63,068 nucleotides of DNA, filler included, from Hyphochytrium catenoides (GCA_900088475.1; 10 parts of 10 records of this genome joined end to end with filler, not necessarily neighbours in it); one strand, 5' to 3'; positions 25,346 through 36,696 are shown, counted from the whole stretch's first letter. The notes: generated by a model from the letters alone, not told the origin. Made by a program: numbers and translations.

Positions 25346-27021
25346 CAAATAACAGATGGGGTCAAGTATGCGCTACAAGAGAAGAAGGATCAAGCGATCC
25401 CAATGACAGATAATTTGGCGGTAAATGAAAAGGACGGCTCGGGTCCTCCTTACCCGCCGTTGTACTTCCTGCATTATCCGGCTTGCCACCGTCCACAGCT
25501 TCTTCTTCCCTGGCAAGCGCTTCATACAGAGAGCCAACTTTATCTCGCCCGACACTTTGTCCCGCCTGCTGGTGGGCTGGAGCTTGTACCAGGCAACCGT
25601 CTGAGCAATTCATTATGGAGAGAGAGAGAGAGAGATGATAGCGTCAATAGGAGGAAACGAACACGCGCCAGAGTGCCATACAAGCATCCGAAGCCGTCCG
25701 TCCCCCCTTACACCACACTCTTCTCTCCCTTGTTCTTCTTAGCTTTGCCCCCATTCCATCTTTGCTCCCATGTCCTGTCTCACCTACGTCTCTGAGGCTC
25801 TATCACTCGTCTTACCTCAGTGCCTGAGCGGTCAATATTATTGATATCTAAGAATACACGGCCGAGGTCATCCCCAGCCTTTCTCATGGACTCGCTCTTC
25901 ACCTTAATAACTAACGTCTTGGCCGATCCTAGATCACCAGCCTAATAGCGGCAGACAGACAGCAAAGGATGACAGGAGAAGAAATCAAGCGAAAGAGAGA
26001 GAGGGAACAGAGAGAGAATGAGGATAGGGTGAGAAAAGAAGAGAACAAGAGAGATAGGATGGAGAAAGAGAGAGAGAGAGAGAGAAAGAAAGATTAGAGA
26101 AAGAGGGTGTTCGCATGAAGAGAAGGGGCGAAAACTGATACGTAAAGGATAGAGATTGCGGGCGAAGAAAAGAGGAGCATCTTCTACTGCTAACCTTGCC
26201 AAAAAGGAACTCTTCCATGGACACTGCAGCTTCCAAGTGCAAGCCAGGAGTCTTCCATGAGGCCCCTTCTTTCTCTCTCAGGAGCTGAGCCTTGTAGGTC
26301 GCCCATAGAGGACTCCTTGTTTGCGGCCGAACCGCAGTCTTCTGTTTCTCATCTACCAGCTCATTCCCTCGTCTGTCGAGAAGGACGAGGGTGCAGTACG
26401 CACTGGGCAGCTTTCCTTCTCCAATGAGCATCAAGTCTTTGGCCCCGATAGGAGTCACCTTGAGCATGTAGCGGTCAAGGAGTCGCCTTCTGCGAGCTGT
26501 GTCAACAGAAGATGGAGCCCAATGTCAAGCAAAGGAGGCGAAAGCGAGCAATGAGGAGACTAGTGAGTTCAAAGACGGTAGAAAAGTAAGGTAGAGATAA
26601 CCGAGAGAAAGAGAGAGGCGGAGCCTTGGGATGGCTAGTGGCGTCGCGAGATGTTGACGGTGAGGACAGCAAAAGAGTGATGTGAGAGGGAAAGATTGGG
26701 ACATTTGAGTGGATAAAATGGAACACATTTTCTAGAGACAGAGATGAGGTATGAGGGGACAAGAGGAGCATGTCGCGTTGAAGCAGGAACACCCGCTACG
26801 ATTGGCGTATAAGCTAATGAAAGAAGGCGGACCATGTCCATGAGAGAGACAGAGAGAGAGAAGAGAGAGAGAGAGAAGGAGAGAGAGAAGGCTACGGACT
26901 TGAATCTGCTTCTGCCATCCTCCCGCTTGTTCGCCTTCAAAGCGAAAAACAAAGCCTCCAAAGTTTTGACCCCTTTTTCCGCCCCTCAGAAGAAGGAGAT
27001 CATGGTTCCATCCAGGATCCC
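24081..27021 (-). CDS. C2-domain + DEP-domain protein (partial at both ends)
   Basis: C2: YMLKVTPIGAKDL..SAYCTLVL..KQKTAVRPQTRSPLW..EEFLF | KTLVIKVKS..DDLGRVFLDI | WYKLQP..VSGEIKLAL. DEP-like: GYTSQQILDWM..SVDECHLYLQLMLKRG | ILEEF..F..SYLRF. Confidence 0.75.
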
Positions 27022-27121
27022 NNNNNNNNNNNNNNNNNNNNNNNNNNNNNNNNNNNNNNNNNNNNTTAATTAATTAANNNNNNNNNNNNNNNNNNNNNNN
27101 NNNNNNNNNNNNNNNNNNNNN

Positions 27122-28238
27122 GAGAGGGAGAGGGAGAGAGAGGGAGAGAGAGAGATAGAATCGGCCAGATAAGAGAGTAAAATCAGAACTATTCCCTTAA
27201 GGCACGAGGAGTAGATACACAGAGAGAGTGATAAAGACAACGAAAGAGGAGAGAGAAGAATGAAGAGCGGCGAGCGCGGAGAGAGAAAGAGAGAGAGGAG
27301 AGAAAGTCACTTACATCAACCTAGAACACGACAGTGGGGTGCGAGAAAGAGCTATAATTATCAGCGAAGCGGGGTTAAAAGAAGAGAGAAGGGGAAAGAG
27401 GAGGAGAGAGAGAGAGCGCGTCTACCTGTATCTGAGAGCTACGAGTCTTCTGCCTCCTCTCCCTCTGTCTCTCGCCTCCGGGAAGGGCTCTTGAGTTCGT
27501 ACTGCTCTGTCTCCTCCGATGTATCTTCCCGTATAGGAAATCTCAAGCTTTCCTCTCTCTCTCTGCTCTATTAAAATGTCTATTGGTCAGAGAGAGAGAG
27601 AGAGAGAACGGAGAGAAAGGCAAGAGAAAAGAAAAGGAGAGAGATATTGAAGAGAGAGAAAAGAGGAACATGTTAGTGAGAGAAGAACGAGAAGAGAGAT
27701 CACGACGGTTGGCGGCTTAGCTGGGGAAAGAAAAGAGCTCTACAAGGAACAAACAAAGAGAATATCACGAGAGAGACTTGAGACAGAGACAGAAAGAAAG
27801 AGAACGTAAGGAGAGAAAATAGAAGGAGAGATGAGAAACAGGGGAAGAGAGAGAGAGAGAGAAACAATAAAGCAATTACCTCTTCCCATAGTGTTTGGTG
27901 TTATAGAAAAGCATGGGAAAAAGGGAATGTGTTTGTGACAAAGCTGTTTCCAGTTGGAGAGAGAGGGATGAAGCTGCAACTCTCTCTCTTCCCTTTCCAT
28001 ACTTTCTCCCTCGGGAAGANNNNNNNNNNNNNNNNNNNNNNNNNNNNNNNNNNNNNNNNNNNNNNNNNNNNNNNNNNNNNNNNNNNNNNNNNNNNNNNNN
28101 GAGAGAGAGAGAGAGAGAGAGAGAGAAAGTGTCAGACGGGGAAGAGAGAGAGGGGTAGAGGGGAGAGAGAGACAGAGAGAGAGAGAGAGACAGAGACAGA
28201 GGGAGAGACAATGCTGTACGAGAGGATGAGAGAGGGTC

Positions 28239-28270
<32 letters not shown>

Positions 28271-28470
28271 GAGGGCACACATAAGGAGGAAAGAAGCGGG
28301 GCAAGATAGAGTGAGGGAGAGAAACCACAGGTAGGGGAAGAAAGAAAGAGACAGAAGAGAGAGAGAGAGAGAGATTGCGTGCCCCACCATCCGCGCGCAA
28401 CCTCTTCCTTGTTCAAAAAAAGAAAGATCCCGGCGACCAGTTCTCCAGGTAAAGCGTCGAGAGGGTCCAT
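27122..28470 (-). CDS. F-box protein with downstream SPRY-like domain (3'-partial)
   Basis: MDPLDALPGELVAGIFLFLNKEEVAR (F-box LPxExxxxIFxFL). Later exons give SNWKQLCHKH and LEISYTGRYIGGDRAVRTQEPFP, a RanBP9/10-type SPRY start (YxG...DxxVRxxxPxP). Confidence 0.72.
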
Positions 28471-28621
28471 ACGTCTGCCACCTTCTTCCGCCCAAGCAAG
28501 CGGAAGAGCCTCTCTCTCGTGTTCTGAGGCCTCCTCTCTCTCTCTTTCTCTTCTGTCTGTTCTCTCTTCTTGCTCTCCACTTGTCTCTTCTCTCTCCTCT
28601 GGCCGTGGAGCCCAGTCCACG

Positions 28622-28952
28622 CTCTCTCTCCCGTCTGCTCTTGTCTCTTCGCTGAGTTTGAGCCTGGACTGGCCCCAGAAAGGCTCTCTTCTTCCGTTGT
28701 CCATCGTCCTTGAGAGAATCACGAAAAGAAATGCTCTTCTTTTCTCTCCCTCTCCCTGTGTCTCTCTCTTTTCTTCTCTCTCTCTCAGCCCACTCTTTCC
28801 TCTCTCTTTTCCTCTTTCTCTCCTTTGCCCAACTTTGCGCTGCTTCCCCAGTTCCAAGCGTTATGTGTCCTTGATTCTCCGGACTGTTGAAGATCCAGGA
28901 GCCAGTCCAGGCTCAAACTCAGCGAAGAGACAAGAGCAGACGGGAGAGAGAG
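28622..28952. repeat. Perfect 52-bp inverted repeat (28622-28673 / 28901-28952) with a 227-bp spacer
   Basis: ctctctctcccgtctgctcttgtctcttcgctgagtttgagcctggactggc and its exact reverse complement. Confidence 0.9.
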
Positions 28953-29154
28953 AACGACGCCAGGCACAAAGCCTTACAGAACTTTGTGGCATGGGAGCGA
29001 GAGATAGTGAGAAAGGAGAGAGAAGAGAGAGAAGAAGAGAGGGAAGGTAAGCCAAAGGGAGAAGACCATCTTTCTGATGGCAGAGTACCATCCTCGTACC
29101 TTGTGCAACTGATCAGACACAGAAAGAGGAAGAAGAGAGAACAGAGAAAGAGGG

Positions 29155-29218
<64 letters not shown>

Positions 29219-29253
29219 GAGAGAGAGAGAGAGAAAGAGAGAGAAAGAGAGTG

Positions 29254-29299
<46 letters not shown>

Positions 29300-29939
29300 A
29301 AAGAGTGAAAGAGAGTGAAAAAGAGAGAGAGAGAGAGGAGAGGAGGGAACAGGCACACCACCGGTAACGATGATCACTTATAGGTTATCAGCTGTAGTTG
29401 GAAATGGTAATATAATATAGAGTTTCGTGTATGGGGAGACTTCACCGTGATGGGTGGGCGGGTTATGGCAACAGTTATTTTATTATATTGTGCCATTGAT
29501 TATCTCAACCTTTCAACCCACACTAAACAACACTTCCCTCGAGTCCTGGATCATCGACGGCGGCGGCGGGCGGCAAGCAGCCGGCAGCGCACCATCCATG
29601 CATGATATGCATCGCAATGAATAGCTATAGCCAGCAGCCAGACGACCAACCAGCACCTTATTACACCGCGCGCAGATTCTTACGCGCGCCGCGCCACCTC
29701 CTTCTGCGACCCTCCGTCATAATAATATCCTACTAAACAGCAGCTTCGTAGTAAGTCTTCTTCTCATCATCATCAGAAACAAAAACATATGATGATGAGG
29801 TAGTAGTACTAGCACCATTTCCACTCTAGTGCCTCCTCCAAGAGATGACAATATACCTCCTCCTCCTACGCTACCACCACCCTCTACTCCGCGGCTCCTT
29901 GTCGCTTCTTCTGATGACGCCCTGAGTGGAACGCGTCTT

Positions 29940-31203
29940 TATTTCCCCAATAATACCCCTGCCAACAGAGGAGGATTTATTGATTATCACCACCCCAGAT
30001 GATCCTCCCTCGGGGCCATTCCAGACCTACGAAGAGGCTACGGAAGCCTTGCAAACGTGGGCAAAGAGTCTTGGATTTTAAGTCACTCAAACAAGACTCT
30101 ACGACTGTACAAAGAAGAGGAAGAAAGACCTCTTTCCCAACCTTTACTCTCATCAGGTCTATCTGACTTGTGAATGCGCCGGTGCGCCAAAAAAACTGGC
30201 ACCTGGGTCTCCTCGGAAGGGATCCAACAACAAGAAGACCAACTGCCCTTGGAATGTCACAACACTGGTGAGGGAGCCGAACGAGGAAGTCTTTGAAACC
30301 CACGTCAGGCGTCCCGAGAATCTTGTCCACAAGGGGCACCGGCTCCTACAGCAGCCGGTGCTAATAATAATGAAGGTGGTGGCGCAGGCGTCAATCCGTG
30401 GCTTCACGGAAGATGAGGTCGAACGGGTGGAGATAATGACAACAAGCGCTGGAATCAGCCCACGTTATATTTATAATTTGTTCACCTTGGAGAGAGAGCG
30501 CCGGCAAGAGGATACGACCTTTACCATCCTCCAGACAGTGCGAAACCTCATCAAGAAGAAGCTCCAAGCAGGTAAGAGGAATAAACGTCTACCATGCAGA
30601 TAGTACACCTCATGAAACACGTCCACCCAGATTCTGACAATAGAAAAATGGGAGACATCCAAGCTCTTATTTCCAGTTTTAGAAAGAGGCAGGATCTCAA
30701 TAATCCAGACTTCTACTACGACCTTTATGTAAACTATTACAATGAGGTTGCTGGAGTTATGTGGATGACCCCCGAACAGCTCTGGTCATGCGGGCCTCAC
30801 TCGTAGATGTTCGTACCGAAAGTGATGTCGAACCCTACAGAGTCGTGGTAAACCGTATAGGCCAGCAGATAGATAGTAGATGCTGTTCTCGGGGGTCATC
30901 CACATAACTCCAGCAACCTCCTCATTGTAATCATTTACATAAAGGTCGTAGTAGAAGTCTGGATGATTGAGATCCTGCCTCTTTCTAAAACTGGAAATAA
31001 GAGCTTGGATGTCTCCCATTTTTCTCTTGTCAGAATCTGGGTGGTGGACGTGTTTCATGAGGTGTACTATCTGCATGGTAGACGTGTATTCCTCTTACCT
31101 GCTGCTTGGAGCTTCTTGATGAGGTTCCGCACTGTCTGGATGGTAAAGGTCGTATCCTCTTGGTGCCGGCGCTCTCGCTCCAAGGTGAACAAATTATAAA
31201 TAT
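29940..31203 (+). mobile_element. Defective Mutator-like (MULE/FAR1) transposase fragment with an inverted duplication
   Basis: Plus strand: FQTYEEATEALQTWAKSLGF*V..VYLTCECAG..NKKTNCPW..HKGH (FAR1 WRKY/GCM1-type DNA-binding domain, stop at 30079-30081), then DIQALISSFRKRQ..NPDFYYDLYVN..EVAGVMWMTP. Minus strand in the loop: YHDSVGFDITFGTNIYE (MULE motif FGDVVxFDTTYxTNxY). Confidence 0.85.
30467..31203. repeat. Long inverted repeat: arms 30467-30780 (314 bp) and 30882-31203 (322 bp), 101-bp loop
   Basis: Manual alignment of arm 1 to the reverse complement of arm 2 gives 7 substitutions and 7 short indels. Confidence 0.95.
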
Positions 31204-31420
31204 CAATAGCTTTAGGCGGCTGTGCCTAGGACTCGCCCGCCGATGTTACTAGTGCGTAATCCAGCCTTCGGCTGCATTATTATAAGTGGAAGATGCTTGG
31301 ACGACACACTGATTTGGTTGTACAGTACGAAGTAACACCAGGAAGCTCTTCATCTCTTCCTATTTCCTACATGTAGAACCATCAGTATTTCCTACCTAGA
31401 TAATAGGCACACTCTACTCG

Positions 31421-31619
31421 TGTACAGCCAGGCAAAGTTGCTGACCGTTAGAGGTCTTATTTGCCGAGACGCGTCCGATCGTTACAACTGGGAGTCAGAG
31501 ATTTCCAGATTGACAGAGACCCTGGGTTGAGCTTCAATAGATTGAGATTTCTGACGAATAAAGACCTGAACTCCGAACCTACCGGGGCTTGCACGAAGGG
31601 AACTAAGCGCAAGCTTACA
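31421..31619 (+). mobile_element. Probable solo LTR (199 bp) with 4-bp target-site duplication
   Basis: Termini TGTA...TACA, flanked on both sides by CTCG (31417-31420 and 31620-31623), with internal AATAAA at 31557-31562. Confidence 0.65.
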
Positions 31620-32294
31620 CTCGTTCTTCACGCACGCTTCCAACAGCAGAGTAGTGAGTGAGTGAGGAGTGAGTGAGTGAATGTCGAAAGTTTCTCAACT
31701 CTCAAATTTGCTGCAGGAGTTGCGTGACATGTCACCTCCACCTTCAGCTCCTACAGCTAAAGATACTGGAAAGTAGGTGATGCGTCTCGGGTAAAATAAG
31801 GTTACAACACAAATTCGCCTGGACGCACGCGATGTGTCTCAATTTATGGTGATACGTCTCGCGTTACAAATTCGAGTTATGTTTATAAAAACCCTTTCGC
31901 TTTCGCTCTGACCCCTTCATATATCCAAAGTAAACAAACAAAGACCCAAACCCCAAAAGAAAAACCCAAACAGTGATTAGTAAAAAGTCCATTTGTGCTG
32001 AAGCCCCTGTGGGTTGAAATTGAGGGGTGCTTCCCTCAGCTACTAAAACTACACTTTCAGCTTCACATTTTACGAGTTGAAGTTGATGATTGATCGGACC
32101 GAGAAACCAAGAATAACGCCCATCACAGCTTCTCTTCGCTCTCCTGCTGTTCAATGAGAAAAGAGAGAGACAGAGAGAGAAAAAGAGAGAGAGACAGAGA
32201 GCGAAACAGAGAGAGACAGAGAGAAAGAGTGACAGTGAGTGACAGAGAGAGAGAGGGAGTGACAGAGAGAGAGAGAGAGAGAGAGAGAGGGAGT

Positions 32295-32328
<34 letters not shown>

Positions 32329-32460
32329 CGCAGAGAGAGAGAGAGAACGAGTGACAATGAGAAGAAGAACAGGGACCCATAACCTCTATAATAAAACACA
32401 TCAACGGGAGAGACAGGAATAGACCAGCAACGAGGGAGAGAGAGAGCGAGAGAGCAGCCG

Positions 32461-32505
<45 letters not shown>

Positions 32506-32730
32506 AAAGAGGAGCAGGGATCGGTAAGTGGAGCTTTGAAAGGTGGCTGTAGATAGAGAGGCTAAATCTTCTTTTCTTCGAGGGGTTGCTCCCCACCTTT
32601 GTGGTGTCTATCTCTCTTGAGATCTGTGGCTTTCACTTGAGTCTCTCTCCTTCTTGCATATGGTGTCTTTTGCTCTCTCTGTGTGAGTCTGAGCTTTGAC
32701 GAAGCGGGGCAATGGTGTCGAAGTAGGTGC

Positions 32731-32775
<45 letters not shown>

Positions 32776-33225
32776 TCTCTCTCTTTCTCTCTCCCCCTCC
32801 CTCTCTCTCTCTCCCCCTCTCTCTCTCTCTCTTTTCTCCTCCTCCCATCTCTCTCTCTCCACGTCCGGCTGTCATTGTATCTCAGTCCTTCTCTCTTGTC
32901 TCTATCAAACACCCTGTCAGCTCTCTCTCTCTCTCACTGTGAAGTTCCGCTCGTTCCCTCTTTGTCCTCCTCTGTCGGTGCCCTCTCTCTCTCTCTCCTG
33001 TTTCTCTTCTTTCCTCCTCCTTTCTTTCCGTTTCTCTCGCTCTCCTTCTTTCCCTCTTCTTTGGCTGTCTTCTTTCTCTCTCTCTCTCTGTCTCTCTTTC
33101 CCCTCTCTCTCGTCTCGTCTCTGTTTCTCTCCTTGGTTTCATCTCTCTCTCCGTCTCTTTTTGCTTTGTTATGTCTCTAACCCTGCCGTGTGTAGGAGGT
33201 CGAGAGTGTATCAGAATCAGAGAAA

Positions 33226-33437
33226 ATGTCGGTGGAGGTCTTCATCGTGGAGGACAAGAGAGAGAACGAAGGTGATCTCCAGGCCTTTCGCTCTTTTCCA
33301 GATCTTACTCTCTCTGCCTCTCTCGTTGTCTCTCTGTTTCTCTCCGTCGCCCTTCCTTTCTATAGGTCTCTTACAACTCTCGGTCCGTATCTCCCTCCCT
33401 CCATCCCTCTCTCCGCCCCACCTCCCCTTTCCCAACC

Positions 33438-33497
<60 letters not shown>

Positions 33498-33643
33498 TGG
33501 CTCTCTCTTCTCTCTCGTCCCTATCCTTCTCCGCCTCTCCTTCCGAACCGCGATGCCTTCCCGTCATCACTTTCCAGTTCCTGCTTCGCTGTCCAGAGCA
33601 TTATCCTCTCCTGTCTATGAATATTGCGGCCCTGCAAATCCAG
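33226..33643 (+). CDS. Possible first two exons (33226-33271, 33578-33643) of an unidentified gene
   Basis: MSVEVFIVEDKRENE g|GT..AG|tt PASLSRALSSPVYEYCGPANP g|GTAAG is phase-consistent and flanked by CT-rich introns; no homology recognised. Confidence 0.35.
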
Positions 33644-33813
33644 GTAAGAGAGCACTTTACCTATGCCTCTCTCTTCTCTCTCTCACTCTCACTCTCTCTC
33701 TCTCCGTGGGTGCGTCACTCCTTTTCTCATCCTCTTTCTTGCTGTTCAGCTGCCGCTTGCCTTCATCTGACCGCTTCATCTATATTCTCTCTTTTCGTCT
33801 CTTTGTGTTTCCC

Positions 33814-33873
<60 letters not shown>

Positions 33874-34174
33874 TCTATTTCTCTCCCTCTCTCTGGCTCT
33901 TCATCCTTTTCTCTCTCTCCTCTGACTTTCGCATCGTTTACTTGCTACTATAGCTGCATGTCTTGCTGGCGTCGCTTTCTCTCCCCTTTCTCTCTAAGTT
34001 CAGCTTTTCTTTTCCAGCTCTTCTCCTCTTTTTGCATTCACTCTTTCACATTCTCTCTCTCTCTCTCCCTCTCTNNNNNNNNNNNNNNNNNNNNNNNNNN
34101 NNNNNNNNNNNNNNNNNNTTAATTAATTAANNNNNNNNNNNNNNNNNNNNNNNNNNNNNNNNNNNNNNNNNNNN

Positions 34175-36150
34175 CTCATCTGACACTCCCATTGCCTTGT
34201 TGTCTCTGCTACAGAGAATGACATCTAACAAAGAGACAAGAGCCAGCGCGCACTGCGTCCAGCCGATCAGCGTTCGGAGAGAGATGTCCGAACGCCAGAT
34301 GTTGAACACGGCAACGCCGAGTAACATAGCGAGATGATGGAAAAGACAGAGAGAAAAAAGAAACGAGGGAGAGAACTGCAATTCCTCTGTCTGGAAGAAG
34401 AAGAAGATCTCGTCGAAGGAAGGAGAGAGTGCTCCGCTGATATAAATCCAGATGGCCGACTTCCAAAAGACAGATTGCCGAAGAGAGAGAGAGAGAGAAG
34501 CGTAAACTGTCTCCTGGCTGTGGCAAGGCAGGAAGGAGGAGAAGGAGAGGCCTGATCACCAGACGAGGTGGAAGGAGGACATGCAGCGGAAGAGGAAGAA
34601 GAGGAGAGAGACAACGGGAGAGAAGATGGATGAGGGTACGGATCTTCGTGGACCCAGAAGGTGACAGCGACCACTGGTGCTGGGCCCACGGCGGAGATGA
34701 GCACCCAGTAGCTGTGAGAGAGAAAGACAGAGAGCACGAGAGAGGGGAGCAGCAAGTCAGAGAAGCCCAAGGAAAAGGAGAAAAGAAAGAGAGAGAGCGA
34801 CAAAGAGAGACAACGGAGAGCGAGAGAGAGAGAGAAGAATCTCACCCTCCCGATATATAACGTAGGAGTTGAACGACAGTGAGGGTAGGAAGAGAAGGCT
34901 GATGAGACAGGCGAGTGAATGACGCCAGATAAAGGAGATCCAAAAGGATAAAGCTGAAGAGTGGCGAGCAACAAAAATAGATGACCCTCAGTAGATATGA
35001 GGAAAGAGAGAGAAGTAGCGTGAGTGAGAGGTTAAGAGATAGAGAAGAGAAGAAGAGAGAGAAAGAGAGAGATCCTACCTTCAGACCTGGTCCGCTCAGC
35101 GCTGCTCCTGCAACTCCTCCCAGTGCCTCCAGGAGCCAAGAGAAGCTTTGCAAGTCTCGTGCACTTTCCCATCCCTCTCTCCTCGTGCTCTCCACCACCT
35201 TAGCATCCATCACGACGTCACTGAAGGCGGCGGAGAGGGAAGAGAGGGAGAGAATGAGATGAGTAGAGAGAGAGTCGCGAGGCTATCGCTGAGGAGGAGA
35301 GAAGGAGAGGAGAGAGAGAGCTCAGGAGGCCGAAGAGGAGGAGGTAAGGTTTTCTTCTTCTTCCTCCACAGAGAGGGAGAGAGTCAGAGAGGATTCCATA
35401 GACAGGCTTCAGCATCCACGGCATACTCGAGACAGTCCTCAGTGTCCGACTCATAGCTAGCGAAGAGGAGAGAGAAACGAGGAGAAGAGGTAGAGACCGA
35501 GAGAAAGAGAAAAGAAGACGGTTATTATTTACCGAGGAGTACCTCTCGAAAGTAGGAGACAGACGGTAAGAGGGGAGAACGCCAGACAGAGCCGCTTCTC
35601 CTGCTTTCATTCCTCTCCTTTCCCTTGTCGGTCTTCTTCTTCTCCCTCTATTCTCTCTCTCTCTCTCTCTCTTACGCACTCTGTCTCTCTCTCTCGCTGT
35701 GTCTCCCCTTCTTTGCTGCTTCTTCTCATTCTCTCTTAGGAGAAGCTTACCTGGTGAGAGCTTTATTATCTCATCCTTGAGTATGAAGCTAACGCCTAAC
35801 ACGCTAAATGTCTTGAAACCTTGTGCCCCGTACACCGTGCAGATCTGCACCACCAGGCCCAGACCATATCTTTGACATAAGCCGCCAACCCAGCGCCTTC
35901 CCCGGAAGAGTAAAGAGAACGGGATGAGAAAGAGAAGAGAAGAAAAAGGAGAGAGTGAAGAAAAGGAAGAAGATACAGAAGAGATAGACTTTGCAGCAGT
36001 TTCTAGGCAAACGAGAGGCTTATTCTCTGCAGTCTGTCTCCAGGTCTTTTCCTCTGTTCCCTGTTGCTCCTTCTCCTTTTGAGAAGAATACAGAGCGGAC
36101 TTTGAAGGAAGGGGAGAGAGAGAAAGAGTGAGAGAAGAGTACATGCTCCT
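34175..36150 (-). CDS. BT1-family folate-biopterin transporter (MFS), 3'-partial, with two apparent frameshifts in (CT)n runs
   Basis: VYGAQGF..FILKDE..LSP | ..MPWMLKPVYGILSDSLPLCG.RRKPY, AFSDVVMDAKVVE, LQSFSW..GG, FWKSAIWIYISGALSPSF..FFFFQTEELQFSPSFL and LLDVILCSRDNKAMGVSD are hallmark BT1 motifs. Confidence 0.88.
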
Positions 36151-36656
36151 TTCTCTTCTCTTCTTCTCCTCTGGATGGAGATGCACCTCTATGGCTCGAT
36201 CTATGCGTATTGTGGTGCTGCTGCTCTCCGCAGGGTCGTCTGCTTGTCTCTCAAGAAGAAGTGAGTGCGTAGAGTATGAAGTGAACGTGGAGAGAGGAAG
36301 AGGAATGGAGCATTGTTCTTCCCTTTATCTCTATTCTCTCTCTCTTCCTCCTCTCCGTCGCCTGGGCTTGGGCTACTTATTGCTTGCATCATGGTAAATA
36401 GAGGTTTGTCCTTCTTCTCTGCTGGGTGTCATCGTGAGTGCAGCGCTCCTTCAAGACCTGCGCGGATGTTCCTCGGCGCCTCGCGTCGGTAAGGAAGCAG
36501 CACAAGGAGAATGACATGGTAAAGGTGAAGAGAGATGGCTGATGACGTGGGAGCCATACCCTCACAAGCCCCTTCTGTCTCACTGTCTCTTTCTCCCTCT
36601 ACTCTCTTTCTCTCCCGCTTTCTGAGTCCATACGACGCTTGTCTCTCTGTGTCTTC

Positions 36657-36696
<40 letters not shown>

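Noticed and set aside
26986-26988. In-frame TGA upstream of the C2 domain as Sec or Trp
   Set aside because: It lies 33 nt from the scaffold end, after a pyrimidine run that could be an intron 3' end, and there is no homology to anchor the frame.
29380-31900. Terminal inverted repeats delimiting a complete MULE
   Set aside because: No matching TIR pair or 9-bp TSD could be found by eye, so the element ends are undefined.
32696-34122. Long Leu/Ser- or Glu/Arg-rich ORFs (e.g. 409 aa, 298 aa, and many similar across the window)
   Set aside because: They are translations of (CT)n/(GA)n tracts, which lack stop codons; they overlap introns and are open in several frames.
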